Assembly (NCBI GenBank): GCA_964635155.1
Contig: CAZWNE010000002.1
Coordinates: 1-44,678 of the forward strand
Length of the DNA stretch: 44,678 nucleotides
Direction of reading: 5' to 3'
From: an uncultured Candidatus Saccharibacteria bacterium
GTDB taxonomy: Bacteria; Patescibacteriota; Minisyncoccia; Minisyncoccales; CAZWNE01
The first letter of the stretch is position 1. The number at the start of each line of letters is the position of its first letter. The notes below the pieces were generated by a model, which ran no database searches, was not told the DNA's origin, and saw nothing but the letters and a program-made list of their open reading frames with translations. Positions 43,645 to 44,678 of the stretch are shown piece by piece. The position numbers and the translations under genes are program-made.

Positions 43645-44463
43645 ATGATAATCTTAAACGGCCAGAAATTAGCCGAGAAAATTTTGGACAGCCTCAAGAA
43701 AGAAATTAAAAATCGCCGCCTCAAATTGCGGCTGGCAGTGATTTTAGTTGGCGAGGATCCTGTTTCCAGGATTTTTATTGAAAAGAAGAAAAAGGCCTGC
43801 AAGAAAATCGGAGTCGCATTTAAACTTTTCCGATTCGGCCAAGAAATCAGCCGGAGTCTTCTTAAAAAAGAAATTTCAGGGATTATTAAGGATCCGTCGA
43901 ATTCCGGAGTGGTTATCCAACTGCCTTTATCGCGAAAATTCGAACCGGAAGAATTTTTAAATTTGATTCCCCCAAAAAAGGACGTTGATATTTTGTCGGG
44001 GGGGAGCTTTAAAAAATTCGCCAACGGAAGATTGCCAATTTTGCCGCCGACTGTCGGGGCTACCTCGGCCCTATTGAAGCGTTATGGAATAAAAATTAAG
44101 AGTAAAAATATCCTGATTGTCGGCCGGGGCCGGCTGGTCGGCAAGCCCCTGGCTACTTGGTTGAAATTGCAGAAAGCCAAATTTTCCATCGCGGATAAAA
44201 GCACAAAAAATATTTCTGCTTACGCCAGAAAAGCTGATATTTTAATTTCTGGGTCCGGCCAGCCGAACTTAATCAGGGGCGATATGGTTAAAGAGGGGGT
44301 TGTGGTAATTGATATAGGGTCTGCGATGAAAGACGGGAAAATAGTTGGCGATGTTGATTTTAAATCCGTTTCCAAAAAAGCAAGTTATATTACTCCGGTT
44401 CCCGGCGGCGTCGGCCCCATGACCGTTGCTTGCCTGCTGGAAAACTTAGTTAAACTAAATTAA
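43645..44463 (+). CDS. folD: Bifunctional methylenetetrahydrofolate dehydrogenase/cyclohydrolase
   Basis: ILVGEDPVS..FI..KKKAC...G, GRGRLVGKPLA and TPVPGGVGPMTVA. Confidence 0.95.
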   Translation: MIILNGQKLAEKILDSLKKEIKNRRLKLRLAVILVGEDPVSRIFIEKKKKACKKIGVAFKLFRFGQEISRSLLKKEISGIIKDPSNSGVVIQLPLSRKFEPEEFLNLIPPKKDVDILSGGSFKKFANGRLPILPPTVGATSALLKRYGIKIKSKNILIVGRGRLVGKPLATWLKLQKAKFSIADKSTKNISAYARKADILISGSGQPNLIRGDMVKEGVVVIDIGSAMKDGKIVGDVDFKSVSKKASYITPVPGGVGPMTVACLLENLVKLN

Positions 44464-44631
44464 TGGATTTATATATTTTTAATTTAATTAATCAGTTTGC
44501 CGGGAAGTGGCAAGGTTTAGACAATCTGGCGAGATTTTTTAGCGATAAGCTGGGATATGTTTTAGTGATTTTATTGCTTATTGTATTTTGGAAAAAATGG
44601 CGAATAATTTGCCAAGCGTTGGCCGCGGCGA
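44463..44631 (+). CDS. N-terminal fragment of a PAP2-like membrane phosphatase; the 3' end is replaced by adapter
   Basis: MDLYIFNLINQFAGKWQGLDNLARFFSDKLGYVLVILLL resembles PAP2/undecaprenyl-diphosphatase N-termini. The ORF runs into adapter sequence. Confidence 0.4.
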
Positions 44632-44678
44632 AGATCGGAAGAGCACACGTCTGAACTCCAGTCACCTAGCAAGATCTC
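44632..44678. other. Illumina TruSeq adapter read-through (non-biological)
   Basis: AGATCGGAAGAGCACACGTCTGAACTCCAGTCAC, then the 8-nt index CTAGCAAG, then ATCTC (the start of ATCTCGTATGCC). Confidence 0.95.

Noticed and set aside
43635-44024. 129-aa minus-strand ORF
   Set aside because: It lies entirely antisense to folD, which has clear signatures. It is a shadow ORF.
1-44678. Scan for CRISPR arrays, rRNA or tRNA genes, transposases, integrases, and phage or secretion modules
   Set aside because: No spacer-repeat architecture, no tRNA cloverleaf candidates in the intergenic gaps, and no transposase or integrase motifs were seen. The only direct repeats are the short heptamer blocks inside genes.

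Overview
AT-rich, very gene-dense 44.7-kb window, almost entirely housekeeping. The gene content and style point to a small-genome Patescibacteria/CPR-like bacterium; this lineage call is inference only. Supporting it are short genes, many 1-25 nt overlaps, a stand-alone CxxC zinc-ribbon gene, PolX, and isolated argG/argH.

Recognisable genes:
- Six aminoacyl-tRNA synthetases: argS, ileS, glyQS, metG, leuS.
- The smpB / infC-rpmI-rplT translation cluster.
- tsaC-tsaD-glyA-folD.
- Envelope-precursor genes: glmS, murA, yvcK, and a GlmU-like nucleotidyltransferase.
- A 2-oxoacid:ferredoxin oxidoreductase pair.
- ispH, greA, recO, polX, rsmI and tatD.

Accessory content is limited to a type II restriction-modification pair at the left edge and two type II toxin-antitoxin pairs.

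Items not explained by the ORF track:
1. A 353-nt tmRNA sits with no spacer between smpB and infC. It relocates the infC start to a non-AUG codon.
2. A HisG-like domain is fused to a full Lrp/AsnC regulator directly after argH-argG.
3. In-frame blocks of about four heptanucleotide tandem repeats recur inside essential genes (polX, argS, metG, leuS, tsaD).
4. A promoter- and hairpin-bounded structured RNA candidate, plus a long hairpin-rich leader, lie upstream of tsaC.
5. A mini-ORF and alternative-hairpin leader lie upstream of greA.
6. A 45-aa hydrophobic ORF has textbook expression signals.
7. An Illumina TruSeq adapter with an 8-nt index forms the last 47 nt, so the final ORF end is an artefact.

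No rRNA, tRNA, CRISPR array or transposase was seen.
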